Shown here piece by piece: positions 10,545 to 20,692 of a stretch of 32,000 nt of DNA. The first letter of the stretch is position 1. Every line of letters starts with the position of its first letter. Origin of the DNA: Aliivibrio fischeri ES114 (GTDB taxonomy: Bacteria; Pseudomonadota; Gammaproteobacteria; Enterobacterales; Vibrionaceae); NCBI RefSeq assembly GCF_000011805.1, contig NC_006841.2. One strand, given 5' to 3'. The position numbers and the translations under genes were made by a program. Below the pieces are notes generated by a model. The model saw only the letters and a list, made by a program, of their open reading frames with translations. It did no database searches and had not been told where the DNA came from.

Positions 10545-12725
10545 TTATTTTTGGCTTGCTTGAGCGCGGATGTCGGTTAATCGTTTGGTTAATTCATTAA
10601 CCTGCGGACGATTAAAAATATCGTCCAGAGTAACAGACAATTTACGACGCCAGTTTGGATATTCATTTACCGTTCCCGGTATGTTAACTGGTTTATCCAT
10701 CTCTAGCCAATCTTCAAGCTGTAAACTGAGAAGTGTGCTCGATCCCGCTGCAAGATGGCATTGCAACGCATCACTTAAGTATCTATCCATAGGAACAAAC
10801 GAAGCATCACGGCCCACACCTTCAGGTAGATACCCATGGAAATCGACACTGTTTAAAATCTCTTGTTTTGATTCCGCACGAGTATTAAACAATTCTTTTA
10901 GTTGTTCAGGATCTGGATATAAACCGATCTCTTCACCCATTTTTAAATCATCACAATGCCAAAAGCCACGTAACGTTGGCATATCATGCGTACATAATGC
11001 CGACATTGATTGCTCTTGATAATGCGCTGGTGAATAGAAACCACCGTCTTCAGACGTTTCAAAGAAGAACACTTTGTACGAATGAATGCCAGCTTCTGCA
11101 AGCAAATCAACAATCTCATCTGGTACTGTACCCAAATCCTCACCAATCACGGAGCATTGGTAACGATGACTTTCTAACGCAAGAATAGACAGCATATCTT
11201 CTACAGGATAGTGCATGTAAGCGCCTTTCGTTGCATCTTCACCTTTAGGGATCCACCACAAGCGTAGCAAGCCCAATACATGGTCAATTCGAAGTGCACC
11301 ACACGCTTTCATGTTTGCTCGTAGCAACTGAACATACGCTTCGTAGCTTGTTTCTTTTAGTGTGTGAGGATTTAAAGGCGGTAGTCCCCAGTTTTGTCCC
11401 AATGGACCTAAAATATCTGGTGGCGCACCAATGCTCACATCCAGACATAAGTTGCCGTGATCAGCCCACGTCTCAGAACCTGAATCAGCAACACCAACAG
11501 CCAAATCACGATACAAACCAACGTCCATACCTTTATTTTCTGCGAATTGTTGTACATCGTTAATTTGAGTAAATGCCACCCATTGTAAGTACATATACAA
11601 ATCAACTTGATCACGATTATCTGCAATGTATTTTTGCACGGCTTTATTATCAAAGTGCTGCAATTCATGAGGGAATACAGGCCAGCCCCAAATACTATTA
11701 TCTTGGCTGTATAAGCTGTTATGCAATGCATCAAATGCAGCCTGATGTAATAAGCTCTCGCCACCTTCAGCAACAAACTCTAAGAACGCTTTTGCTCGTG
11801 CACTTTTCTTATCTAAATGACGAGTTTTAAACTCGCTAAATAGCAATGGAAGTACACTCATTTTTAGAGCAGAGACTTCTGAGTAATTCACCCAATGAGA
11901 TTGACGAGCATCCGCTAAACGCTGTTGGAATTCTGCACTACCAACCAACTCTTGAGCTTGGTTACACAGTGCAAACTCAGGAACTGAACATACATCAATG
12001 TATAAAATATTTAGCCAACGACGAGAGGATGGACTGTATGGGCTCGCCCCTTCAGGGTTAGCAGGAAACAGTGAATGAATCGGGTTTAAACCAACAAAAT
12101 CACCGCCACGAACAGCAATATCACCTACTAGTTGCTTAAGATCACCAAAGTCACCAATACCCCAGTTATGCGGTGTTCTTAATGTGTATAATTGAACACT
12201 TGGCCCCCACATTTTTTTGCCTTTAAGCATTGCATCTTGTTTGAAACACGCTTTTGGCGTCACAATTAATGTCATTTCATAAGGTGCTTTACGACGCTTA
12301 CGAATCACTTCTAATTTATGGTAACCCCATGGCAGAGTTGGTAAAGAGAATAACAATGTACCATCATTTTCACGCTCGTCTGAAACGATTTGAGATTGTA
12401 AGTACCCTTCTAATACTTCCCCCTCTTCAGTGGTGATTTTCCAACTAAATTCACTGATACGAGCACTTTTACCAAGATTCATTTCTACTTGAAGCAGTTC
12501 ATTATCTCGAACTACCTGTACAGTAGAAAGTACGTCTTTTTTATGTTTCTTTTCAGCAGAACTTAAGAGTGTTTTATCATTCTTAGTGTCATAACCTAAA
12601 GAAGCCAGTAGACGAATTAAGGTTTCATCACTGACTTTTGCTTCATTGCCCCAAGCACTTACATAGCTGTTTTTTAACCCTGCCAGTTCTGCGACTTGAT
12701 GGAGTACATTGTTATTATCTTTCAT
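10545..12725 (-). CDS. malQ: 4-alpha-glucanotransferase (amylomaltase) MalQ
   Basis: [80 protein letters not shown] 12725 has GGAG 7 nt upstream; the supplied ORF extends to 12761. Confidence 0.94.
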   Translation of the reverse strand: MKDNNNVLHQVAELAGLKNSYVSAWGNEAKVSDETLIRLLASLGYDTKNDKTLLSSAEKKHKKDVLSTVQVVRDNELLQVEMNLGKSARISEFSWKITTEEGEVLEGYLQSQIVSDERENDGTLLFSLPTLPWGYHKLEVIRKRRKAPYEMTLIVTPKACFKQDAMLKGKKMWGPSVQLYTLRTPHNWGIGDFGDLKQLVGDIAVRGGDFVGLNPIHSLFPANPEGASPYSPSSRRWLNILYIDVCSVPEFALCNQAQELVGSAEFQQRLADARQSHWVNYSEVSALKMSVLPLLFSEFKTRHLDKKSARAKAFLEFVAEGGESLLHQAAFDALHNSLYSQDNSIWGWPVFPHELQHFDNKAVQKYIADNRDQVDLYMYLQWVAFTQINDVQQFAENKGMDVGLYRDLAVGVADSGSETWADHGNLCLDVSIGAPPDILGPLGQNWGLPPLNPHTLKETSYEAYVQLLRANMKACGALRIDHVLGLLRLWWIPKGEDATKGAYMHYPVEDMLSILALESHRYQCSVIGEDLGTVPDEIVDLLAEAGIHSYKVFFFETSEDGGFYSPAHYQEQSMSALCTHDMPTLRGFWHCDDLKMGEEIGLYPDPEQLKELFNTRAESKQEILNSVDFHGYLPEGVGRDASFVPMDRYLSDALQCHLAAGSSTLLSLQLEDWLEMDKPVNIPGTVNEYPNWRRKLSVTLDDIFNRPQVNELTKRLTDIRAQASQK

Positions 12726-12737
12726 CGCTTTTCTCCA

Positions 12738-12758
12738 AGGGCAGTACAATACTGCCCT
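12738..12758. repeat. Perfect inverted repeat (9-bp stem, 3-nt loop) in the phosphorylase-malQ intercistronic gap
   Basis: AGGGCAGTA-CAA-TACTGCCCT, directly upstream of the malQ ribosome-binding site. Confidence 0.85.
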
Positions 12759-12777
12759 CATATTATAATTTTATTAA

Positions 12778-15231
12778 TTAACGGTTTACTGATTCCAGTT
12801 TCCAAATGTTATTTACATAATCACGGATACTGCGGTCTGAACTAAATTTACCAACCAAAGCAGTGTTTAAAATAGCCATTTTCGCCCACTGTTTTTGGTC
12901 ACGATATGCTGCATCAATGTCGTTCTGAGCACGAACATAATCAGCAAAATCAGCAAGAACTAAATATGGGTCACCGCCATACAATAGGTTGTCACGAATT
13001 GCAGATAACAGACCCACTTTACCCGGAGTAAATTCATCACCAGCTAATAAATCTAATGATGCTTGTAATAATGAATCGGCTTCATAGTACTTATACGGGC
13101 TATATCCTGATGCTTTTAACGCCTCAACTTCATCAACCTCTAAACCAAAGATGAAGATATTTTCGTCACCTACTTCTTCGCGGATCTCAACGTTTGCACC
13201 ATCCATCGTACCAACAGTCAGCGCACCGTTTAGTGCCATTTTCATGTTACCTGTACCAGATGCTTCTTTACCCGCTGTTGAAATTTGCTCAGATACATCC
13301 GCTGCTGGAATGATAATTTCAGCCATGCTCACACGGTAATCAGGAATAAATACAACTTTCAGTAAATCAGACACACGAGGATCGTTATTTACTTTTTCTG
13401 CCACTTTATTGATGGCAAAGATGATCTCTTTTGCTAAGTGGTAACCCGGCGCTGCTTTTGCTGCAAAGAAAAACACACGTGGGTGCATATCAAAACCAGG
13501 TTCGTTCAATATACGATGGTATAAAGAAAGAATATTTAATAAATCCAAATGCTGACGTTTGTATTCATGTAAACGCTTAATTTGAACATCAAAGATGGCA
13601 TCAGTATTTAATTCAATACCCATGTTTTCTTGAACCCAATTAGCTAAACGCTGTTTATTTTGTTTTTTCACAGCCATGAATTCTTTTTGGAATTTCTCAT
13701 CATCGGCAAAAACAGCAATGTCACTCAGTTGATCAAGATGTGCAGGCCACTCATTCCCAATTTTTCCAGAAATAAGGTTTGAAAGACCAGGGTTACAGAA
13801 TTTCAGCCAACGACGAGGAGTAACACCGTTAGTTACATTCGTTAGTTTTCCTGGGAAATATTCATTAAACTCTGGGAATAAATCACGCTTAACTAACTCA
13901 GAGTGAAGTGCTGCCACACCATTCACGGCATAAGATGAAACCACACATAAATTCGCCATGCGCACCATACGATGTGTGCCTTCTTCGATGATTGATAACT
14001 TGCGTAATTTATCAACATCACCTGGCCACTTCAGTTTCACGCCTTCTAAGAATAGGTAGTTAATCTGATAAATGATTTCCATATGACGAGGTAAAAGTCG
14101 AGAAATCAGTGATTCACTCCATGTCTCTAACGCTTCAGGTAACAATGTGTGGTTAGTATAAGCAAACGTGTTTGAACAGATTTCCCATGCCGTATCCCAC
14201 GATAAACCACGTACATCAATAAGTACGCGCATTAACTCAGGAATACCGATTGTTGGGTGTGTATCGTTTAATTGGATCGTTTCATATTTAGAAAGATCTT
14301 CAATCTTATGACCCGCAGCATCATGACGACGTAAGATATCAGCAATAGAACACGCACAGTGGAAATACTGTTGCATCAAACGTAATGTTTTGCCTTTCTC
14401 GTGGTTATCATTTGGATACAGAACTTTCGTTACGTTACCAGCATCAATTAAGGCGTGTTGCGCTTCAAAGTAGTCACCATTATTAAAGCTTGCAAGGCTA
14501 AACGGTGCTTTTGCACGACATTCCCACAAACGTAATGGGTAAACCGTATCACTTTGGTAACCAACAATAGGTAAATCCCAAGGCATACCTTCAACTGACA
14601 TACCTGGTACCCAGCGACGTTTCTCTTGGCCTTTTTCAGTGTACGTTTCTACATGACCATAAAATCCAACTTGCTGTGCAAAATCAGGACGAGCCACTTC
14701 CCAAGGATAGCCTTCTACTCCACACCATGCATCAGGCGCTTCTTTTTGTCGTCCGTCTTCAAAAGATTGGCGGAACAAACCGTATTCGTAATGCAAACCG
14801 TAACCAATCGCTGGATATTCTTGAGCAGCTAATGAATCCATAAAACACGCAGCTAAACGACCGAGACCACCGTTACCTAAAGCAGGATCACGCTCTTCTT
14901 CTAATAAATCCGTTAAATTATAACCAAGCTCACCCATTGCTTCAGTGATCTCTTCATAAAGACCCATACTAATTAGGTTGTTGCCCGTTAGACGTCCAAT
15001 TAAAAACTCTAAAGATAGATAGTTTACGCTGCGTGCGTTTTTTATTTTTTCGTCATTTTCTGTAGCAACAAGATCAAATGTCGTTAATTCAGCTAGAGCT
15101 TTACCCATTGCTAAATACCATACTTTAGCGCTCGCTGTTTTTTCATCTGCAGCGAATGTTGTCACTAAATGCTGCTTTACAGAGGCTTTAAACGCCGCTT
15201 TATCAAATTTTTCTATGTTATTCGTTTTCAT
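12778..15231 (-). CDS. malP: Glycogen/maltodextrin phosphorylase (MalP/GlgP)
   Basis: NARSVNYLSLEFLIGR, ALGNGGLGRLAACFMDS, IQLNDTHPTIGIPELMR, IKRLHEYKRQ, EQISTAGKEASGTGNMKMALNGALTVGTMDGANVEI. Adjacent to malQ and divergent malT. Likely start ATG 15231 (MKTNNIEKF). Confidence 0.93.
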   Translation of the reverse strand: MKTNNIEKFDKAAFKASVKQHLVTTFAADEKTASAKVWYLAMGKALAELTTFDLVATENDEKIKNARSVNYLSLEFLIGRLTGNNLISMGLYEEITEAMGELGYNLTDLLEEERDPALGNGGLGRLAACFMDSLAAQEYPAIGYGLHYEYGLFRQSFEDGRQKEAPDAWCGVEGYPWEVARPDFAQQVGFYGHVETYTEKGQEKRRWVPGMSVEGMPWDLPIVGYQSDTVYPLRLWECRAKAPFSLASFNNGDYFEAQHALIDAGNVTKVLYPNDNHEKGKTLRLMQQYFHCACSIADILRRHDAAGHKIEDLSKYETIQLNDTHPTIGIPELMRVLIDVRGLSWDTAWEICSNTFAYTNHTLLPEALETWSESLISRLLPRHMEIIYQINYLFLEGVKLKWPGDVDKLRKLSIIEEGTHRMVRMANLCVVSSYAVNGVAALHSELVKRDLFPEFNEYFPGKLTNVTNGVTPRRWLKFCNPGLSNLISGKIGNEWPAHLDQLSDIAVFADDEKFQKEFMAVKKQNKQRLANWVQENMGIELNTDAIFDVQIKRLHEYKRQHLDLLNILSLYHRILNEPGFDMHPRVFFFAAKAAPGYHLAKEIIFAINKVAEKVNNDPRVSDLLKVVFIPDYRVSMAEIIIPAADVSEQISTAGKEASGTGNMKMALNGALTVGTMDGANVEIREEVGDENIFIFGLEVDEVEALKASGYSPYKYYEADSLLQASLDLLAGDEFTPGKVGLLSAIRDNLLYGGDPYLVLADFADYVRAQNDIDAAYRDQKQWAKMAILNTALVGKFSSDRSIRDYVNNIWKLESVNR

Positions 15232-15309
15232 CTTAAATCTCTCACGAAGGTTCATAATCAACTGTTATCAATCCTGCCTTGTTCGAATAAGAGTCACATC
15301 CTCCTTTTT

Positions 15310-15345
15310 GGGGGATGAGATAAGGGTGAGATAAAGGCGTAGTCC
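15310..15345. promoter_or_regulatory. Candidate MalT-box region for the malPQ operon
   Basis: GGGGATGAGA at 15311-15320 matches the GGGGA(T/G)GAGG MalT-box consensus at 9 of 10 positions; a weaker GGGTGAG follows at 15324-15330. Confidence 0.5.
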
Positions 15346-15443
15346 TGATTAATCAAATAACCTGTGACACGACTCAAAGTTTGTAGGCTGACAGTAAAAA
15401 CCTTCGTGATATTGGACACGTTTTTACAGCATAAAAAACAAAA

Positions 15444-15459
15444 TGATAACAAGGTCACA
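15444..15459. promoter_or_regulatory. Candidate CRP-cAMP site between malP and malT
   Basis: AAATGATAACAAGGTCACAAATTT resembles AAATGTGATCTAGATCACATTT (TGTGA-N6-TCACA), perfect in the right half-site. Confidence 0.5.
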
Positions 15460-15626
15460 AATTTAAAGATTAAATAAAACTATTTAAAAAACGTATTAAA
15501 TAAAACTCATGTATAAATTCATCAAGATAAAAATAAAGGTTTGATCACATTTATAGGGCGTAGTGGATAGATTAAATCTCATTATTGAGGATAATTAGCT
15601 CAGTATTTTTTAAAAGAACAATAATT

Positions 15627-18332
15627 ATGTTAATACCATCGAAACTGCATTTTCCAAGACGATTACATAATGCCATTCTCCGCCAACGTGTTTTAGATAC
15701 GCTAGAGAATGCAATGCATTACAAACTTGTTTTATTTCGATCTCCGGCTGGCTACGGAAAAACAACCATGGCTGCACAGTGGTTATCTGACAAAGACGCT
15801 ACTGGGTGGTATAGCCTAGATGAGAGTGATAATGATGAATATAAATTTGCAAAATACTTTGTACAAACAATAAGTAATGCAACTCATACTGAATTATCAC
15901 ACTCAAAAGCGTTAACTGAGAAACGTCAGTTTGCTTCATTATCAAGCCTATTTTCGCAAGTCTTTACTGAGCTAATCTCGTTTCAAGATGAAGCTTATAT
16001 CGTTCTCGACGACTATCACTTAATTACCAATGACACCATTCACCTTGGCTTAAAATTCTTCTTAAAACACCTTCCAGATAATTTGACACTGGTAATAACA
16101 AGTCGCTCTCAACCACCTCTAAATACAGCAAATCTACGTGTGAGAGACTTATTAATTGAAATTGATAATCAAAGTTTAGCGTTTGACCAATCAGAAACAT
16201 CTCTATTTTTCAATCAACGCCTAAATGAGAATATTGACCAAGAAGCCATCACTCATGTTCGTGAACATGTTGAAGGCTGGCCATCTGCACTTCAATTGAT
16301 TGCACTGCACAGTATTCAAAACAATCAATCCTTAAATAATTCAGCACAAGTCATGGCGCAATTAAACCATGCGCACTTATGGGATTATTTAGCGGAAGAA
16401 GTGTTTGATCATTTGGATCAAGAGACGCAGCAATTTTTAATGCGTTGTGCTGTTTTTGATCATTTTAATACCACACTGCTATCTAAAGTAACGCAACGAA
16501 AAGATGCCCAGTTGCTTATTGAAAATCTAAACCGATTCGGATTGTTTATTAACACAAATGGTGAACAAGGTGATTGGTACAAATTCCATAATCTTTTTGC
16601 TGAGTTCTTAACCCACCAAAGACAAAACCACCTAGCTCATGAAGAAATAGACCTGCAAAAATACGCAGCAGAAGCATGGCTTGAGCATGACAATATCTAT
16701 CAGGCACTTCGTCATGCGAAAAACGCCAAAGATGATATTCTGATCGCTAATATACTTACGCAGCATGGCTGGCATTTATTTAATAATGGGGAACTTTCTT
16801 TATTAGAGACCACCATTTCAGATCTTCGTCCTGAGGTATTATTTACCTCTCCTCGCCTTGTTATTATTCGCGCATGGTTAGCTCAGAGCCAGCATAATTA
16901 TCTGCAAGTAAATGATTTACTCTCTGAAGCACAACGTGAAATGGCTGATAGAAATATTGTTCTTGATAGGCATATGCAAGGAGAGATCGATGCACTGCGA
17001 GCACAGGTTGCCATCAATAAAAATGAACCTGAAGCTGCACTTGCCTTTGCAGAAAAAGCACTTGAAGAATTAGAAACCAATAAATACCGCAGTCGCATCG
17101 TCGCAACATCTGTTATTGGTGAATATCACCACGTTTCAGGAAACCTTGCACAAGCACTCGCTCTAATGCAGCAAACTGAAAAAATGGCCATGACCTATGG
17201 CATTTATCATCAAGCTTTGTGGGCAATCTTACAACAAAGTGAGATTTTAATGGCACAAGGGTTTATGCAAGCGGCTTTTGATCTTCAAGACAATGGATTC
17301 AAATTAATTGAAGACCAAGATTTACATCAGTTACCATTGCATGAATTCTTACTTCGCTCTCGTGCACAAATTTACTGGTTCTGGTTCCGTTTTGACGAAG
17401 CTGAACAATGTACTTGGAAAGGCTTAGATGTTCTCTCTCCTTTTGATGAAACTAAGCACTTGCGTGGCTACTCAATGCTTGCTCGCTTGGCCGTTGCTCG
17501 TGGTGAACTTGATAAAGCTGAACGATATCTAGATAAATGCCAACAACTACTTGGACAATCTGATTATCATATTGACTGGAAAGCAAATGCCTCTTCAGCT
17601 CAACTTTTCTATTGGCAAGCAAAAAACAATTCAGAAGCCATTCAATATTGGTTAGCCCAAGCAGAAAGACCAGAAACTCGCTGTAATCACTTTACCCAAC
17701 TGCAATGGCGTAACATTGCACGAGCTCAATTCCATCTAGGTGATATTGATACAGCAATTGAAACACTGCAAACCTCTCAAACTATTGCTCAACAACATAA
17801 ATTGATCACTGATATCAATCGTAATGCGATCTTAGCTGCCATTTTACTGTATGAAAACAAACAGATTGATGAAGCCGTTGAAGCAATGCACCTTGCAATT
17901 AAGCAGTCAAACCAAACAGGGATCATTGGTAGTTTTCTAATGGCGGGACGAAACGTTTTAAAACCCCTTGGGAAATTACAACAAAAAGGTAATGTTACTG
18001 AGCTTGAAAAACACCGAATTGAACAATTACAAAAAGCGCTATCAAATAATGAACGTTCTCGTTCAGCTCACTTCGATGAAACCTTTATTGAAAAAGTATT
18101 AAATACACCAGAGGTTCCCGAACTAATAAGAACAAGCCCACTTACCCATCGTGAATGGCAAGTGTTAGGTCTTATTTATTCTGGCTTTAGTAATGAACAA
18201 ATTGCAGCTGAATTTGATGTTGCACCAACCACTATTAAAACTCACATTCGTAATTTGTATCAAAAACTGAATCTTCCAAATCGAAAAGCTGCTATCGCTA
18301 TGGCTGACGAATTAGTAGGAATGATGAAGTAA
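15627..18332 (+). CDS. malT: Maltose regulon transcriptional activator MalT (STAND ATPase, LuxR-type HTH)
   Basis: Starts MLIPSKLHFPRRLHNAILRQRVLDTL; Walker A SPAGYGKTTMAAQW; C-terminal LTHREWQVLGLIYSGFSNEQIAAEFDVAPTTIKTHIRNLYQKLNL; divergent from malPQ. Confidence 0.95.
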   Translation: MLIPSKLHFPRRLHNAILRQRVLDTLENAMHYKLVLFRSPAGYGKTTMAAQWLSDKDATGWYSLDESDNDEYKFAKYFVQTISNATHTELSHSKALTEKRQFASLSSLFSQVFTELISFQDEAYIVLDDYHLITNDTIHLGLKFFLKHLPDNLTLVITSRSQPPLNTANLRVRDLLIEIDNQSLAFDQSETSLFFNQRLNENIDQEAITHVREHVEGWPSALQLIALHSIQNNQSLNNSAQVMAQLNHAHLWDYLAEEVFDHLDQETQQFLMRCAVFDHFNTTLLSKVTQRKDAQLLIENLNRFGLFINTNGEQGDWYKFHNLFAEFLTHQRQNHLAHEEIDLQKYAAEAWLEHDNIYQALRHAKNAKDDILIANILTQHGWHLFNNGELSLLETTISDLRPEVLFTSPRLVIIRAWLAQSQHNYLQVNDLLSEAQREMADRNIVLDRHMQGEIDALRAQVAINKNEPEAALAFAEKALEELETNKYRSRIVATSVIGEYHHVSGNLAQALALMQQTEKMAMTYGIYHQALWAILQQSEILMAQGFMQAAFDLQDNGFKLIEDQDLHQLPLHEFLLRSRAQIYWFWFRFDEAEQCTWKGLDVLSPFDETKHLRGYSMLARLAVARGELDKAERYLDKCQQLLGQSDYHIDWKANASSAQLFYWQAKNNSEAIQYWLAQAERPETRCNHFTQLQWRNIARAQFHLGDIDTAIETLQTSQTIAQQHKLITDINRNAILAAILLYENKQIDEAVEAMHLAIKQSNQTGIIGSFLMAGRNVLKPLGKLQQKGNVTELEKHRIEQLQKALSNNERSRSAHFDETFIEKVLNTPEVPELIRTSPLTHREWQVLGLIYSGFSNEQIAAEFDVAPTTIKTHIRNLYQKLNLPNRKAAIAMADELVGMMK

Positions 18333-18422
18333 TCAAATTTACGACATTTTTTACACAGAACTTATGTATAATCATGGCATCTTCATGCATTGTGCATAAG
18401 TTTTTATTTGTATCGAGATAAA

Positions 18423-19349
18423 ATGAATTATTTAACAACGTTCTTTAAAGGTATGGCAATGGGAGCTGCTGATGTAGTTCCTGGGGTATCAGGTGGTACG
18501 ATTGCATTTATTACTGGCATATATGATACGCTTCTAGAAAGCATTCGACGTATTAATCCATCAATCTTAGGATTATGGAAGCGCGAAGGGTTTAAAGCGG
18601 CATTTAATCACATTAACGGCTTCTTTCTTATTTCTCTGTTTGGTGGGATCTTAACAAGCATCCTGACATTAGCGAAATTCATTACGTGGATGTTGCACAC
18701 TCACCCAATTCCATTGTGGTCGTTTTTCTTCGGTTTAATCCTAATTTCAATCGTACATATTGCGAAACAGATTGAAAAATGGTCTTTAGATCGTTTTGTT
18801 ATGTTATTTGCTGGTGCTGCTTTTGCTTATAGCATTACCGTTCTTAACCCAATGACAATGACACCATCAACTTTCACCTATATTCTTGCAGGCTCTATTG
18901 CTATTTGTGCAATGATCTTACCGGGTATTTCAGGAAGCTTTATCCTTCTGCTTATCGGTATGTACGGCCCAGTACTTGGGGCAGTTAAATCTCTTGATTT
19001 AGTGACTATGGGTCTATTTGCATCTGGCTGCTTAATTGGTTTATTAAGCTTCTCACATGTTCTTTCTTTCCTACTAAGAAAGTTCCGAGATATTACGCTA
19101 ATCTTCCTAACTGGCCTAATGGCTGGCACATTAGGTAAAATCTGGCCTTGGAAAGAAGTGCTAGAATGGCGTACAAACTCAAAAGGCGAGCAAGTTCCAC
19201 TAATAGAACAGAACCTATCTCCATTTAACTACGAACAAGTAACGCAACAACCAGCACTTATTGGTTTCGCAGTATTTGGCGTTATTTTAGGTATTGGTTT
19301 AGTTCTAGGTCTTGAAATGTACGCTAAGAAAAACGAGAAAGAATCGTAA
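18423..19349 (+). CDS. popT: DUF368 membrane protein, PopT-type undecaprenyl phosphate transporter
   Basis: FFKGMAMGAADVVPGVSGGTIAFITGIYDTLL and ICAMILPGISGSFILLLIGMYGPVLGAV are hallmark DUF368 repeats. Confidence 0.82.
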   Translation: MNYLTTFFKGMAMGAADVVPGVSGGTIAFITGIYDTLLESIRRINPSILGLWKREGFKAAFNHINGFFLISLFGGILTSILTLAKFITWMLHTHPIPLWSFFFGLILISIVHIAKQIEKWSLDRFVMLFAGAAFAYSITVLNPMTMTPSTFTYILAGSIAICAMILPGISGSFILLLIGMYGPVLGAVKSLDLVTMGLFASGCLIGLLSFSHVLSFLLRKFRDITLIFLTGLMAGTLGKIWPWKEVLEWRTNSKGEQVPLIEQNLSPFNYEQVTQQPALIGFAVFGVILGIGLVLGLEMYAKKNEKES

Positions 19350-19382
19350 TTGATTGGTGTAAACTGGTAAATCAATAGATAC

Positions 19383-19413
19383 AAAAAAGGAGCATTCAAT
19401 ATGCTCCTTTTTT
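19383..19413. terminator. Bidirectional terminator between popT-like and FNT genes
   Basis: AAAAAAGGAGCAT-TCAAT-ATGCTCCTTTTTT. Confidence 0.9.
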
Positions 19414-19439
19414 TACATCTGTAATACTACTGATATTTA

Positions 19440-20288
19440 TTAGTGATGATTTGGTTCACGAAGATAAATAATCCAGTAACCCATACCAACGAAGATGCCA
19501 CCACCAATAATATTACCAATCGTAACTGGGATAAGGTTATTAATCACAAAATTATGTAATGTTAAATCTGCAAAGTCCAATGCTGAATAACCACTTGCAG
19601 CCCAGAACTCAGGAGAAGCAAAAGTTTTAATGCCAATCGCCATTGGGATTTGGAACATATTCGCAATACAGTGCTCAAAACCTGCTGATACAAACATTGC
19701 TACAGGTAAGATCATAACCAAAATTTTATCTGTTAATGTACGACCAGAAAATGTCATCCATACACCAACACAAACCAATACGTTACACATAAGACCTAAC
19801 GCAATCGCCTGCCAGAAACCATGATGCAACTTATGTTGAGCAATTTTCATTGTGTTGATACCAACGGTACCACCGTCATTCATGTATTGTTTTGCAACTA
19901 ACATGATACCAACAAGTAGCATGGCACCTATAAAGTTACCAACATAAACAACGGCCCAGTTCGCACATAGGTTTTTCCAGCTGATTTTACCACTTGCACG
20001 AGCAACTAAAGTTAACACCGAGCTGGTAAATAGTTCACCACCAGTTACCACAACTAAAATAAGACCAAGACTGAAAGCCAAACCACCAACGAAATGGGAC
20101 ATACCCCATGGCATTGATTCAGCACCAGTTGTTACTGTGGTATAGAAGATAAATGCAATACCGATATGTATGCCTGCAGTAATTGCTAATAAAAAAGATT
20201 TAAATGGATCTTTAGTTGCTTTTGCTACGCCAACTTCAGCAGCGCGTTCAGCCATTTGTGGCGGTAGTAAAGAATCGAATTGGTTCAT
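19440..20288 (-). CDS. Formate/nitrite transporter (FNT) family channel, FocA/NirC-like
   Basis: WKNLCANWAVVYVGNFIGAMLL, GLMCNVLVCVGVWMTFSGRTLTDKI, FEHCIANMFQIPMAI, NLIPVTIGNIIGGGIFVGMGYWIIY. Start assigned to ATG 20288 (MNQFDSLLPPQMAERAA). Confidence 0.88.
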   Translation of the reverse strand: MNQFDSLLPPQMAERAAEVGVAKATKDPFKSFLLAITAGIHIGIAFIFYTTVTTGAESMPWGMSHFVGGLAFSLGLILVVVTGGELFTSSVLTLVARASGKISWKNLCANWAVVYVGNFIGAMLLVGIMLVAKQYMNDGGTVGINTMKIAQHKLHHGFWQAIALGLMCNVLVCVGVWMTFSGRTLTDKILVMILPVAMFVSAGFEHCIANMFQIPMAIGIKTFASPEFWAASGYSALDFADLTLHNFVINNLIPVTIGNIIGGGIFVGMGYWIIYLREPNHH

Positions 20289-20312
20289 AGTAGAAACATT
20301 TTGATACAAGTG

Positions 20313-20339
20313 AATAGGAGGTCGGATAATCCTCCTATT
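20313..20339. repeat. Perfect 9-bp inverted repeat upstream of the FNT gene
   Basis: AATAGGAGG-TCGGATAAT-CCTCCTATT, about 25 nt upstream of ATG 20288. Confidence 0.8.
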
Positions 20340-20456
20340 TTGTTCGGAATACAAGCAATTTTATTGTTGAAGAGTATTAATTTTAAGATTTGAATAAAGT
20401 ATAAAAAAATATTTATTGAAACTAATAAATAAGCATTGATTAAGTAAAAATAAGAT

Positions 20457-20642
20457 TTAAATTTTGATATCAATACTATCTCTATGACGACGATCTTTAT
20501 TTACTCGACGATCATACAGAACAGGCTTTGAAGGGTATGTGCGTCGCTCTTCTTTTTTTCTAAGTTCAGCTTGGTAGATGCCATCGACATCTACTGTATC
20601 AATAATTTTTTCATCAACATTTGGTAAGGATTTTTTATTCAT
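20457..20642 (-). CDS. Hypothetical 61-aa charged protein
   Basis: ORF MNKKSLPNVDEKIIDTVDVDGIYQAELRKKEERRTYPSKPVLYDRRVNKDRRHRDSIDIKI with strong AAGGAGG ribosome-binding site. Confidence 0.65.
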   Translation of the reverse strand: MNKKSLPNVDEKIIDTVDVDGIYQAELRKKEERRTYPSKPVLYDRRVNKDRRHRDSIDIKI

Positions 20643-20692
20643 ATCCCCTCCTTGGCTCGCCTATCTCACTTAACAAAACATCCAATTGTTAT

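Noticed and set aside
9594-11188. Several plus-strand ORFs (9594-9971, 10570-11019, 10976-11188) and minus-strand 10943-11146
   Set aside because: All lie in other frames of glgB or malQ and show no recognisable domain.
11294-12436. ORFs 11294-11563, 11435-11776, 11573-11830, 11846-12061, 12254-12436
   Set aside because: Overlap the malQ frame; treated as chance ORFs.
16898-17098. Minus-strand 66-aa ORF inside malT
   Set aside because: Antisense to the TPR-like region of MalT, no own support.
20285-20473. 62-aa hydrophobic minus-strand ORF between the FNT gene and the 61-aa gene
   Set aside because: AT-rich intergenic DNA produces Ile/Leu/Phe/Tyr-rich ORFs; it overlaps both neighbours' ends and the hairpin region.
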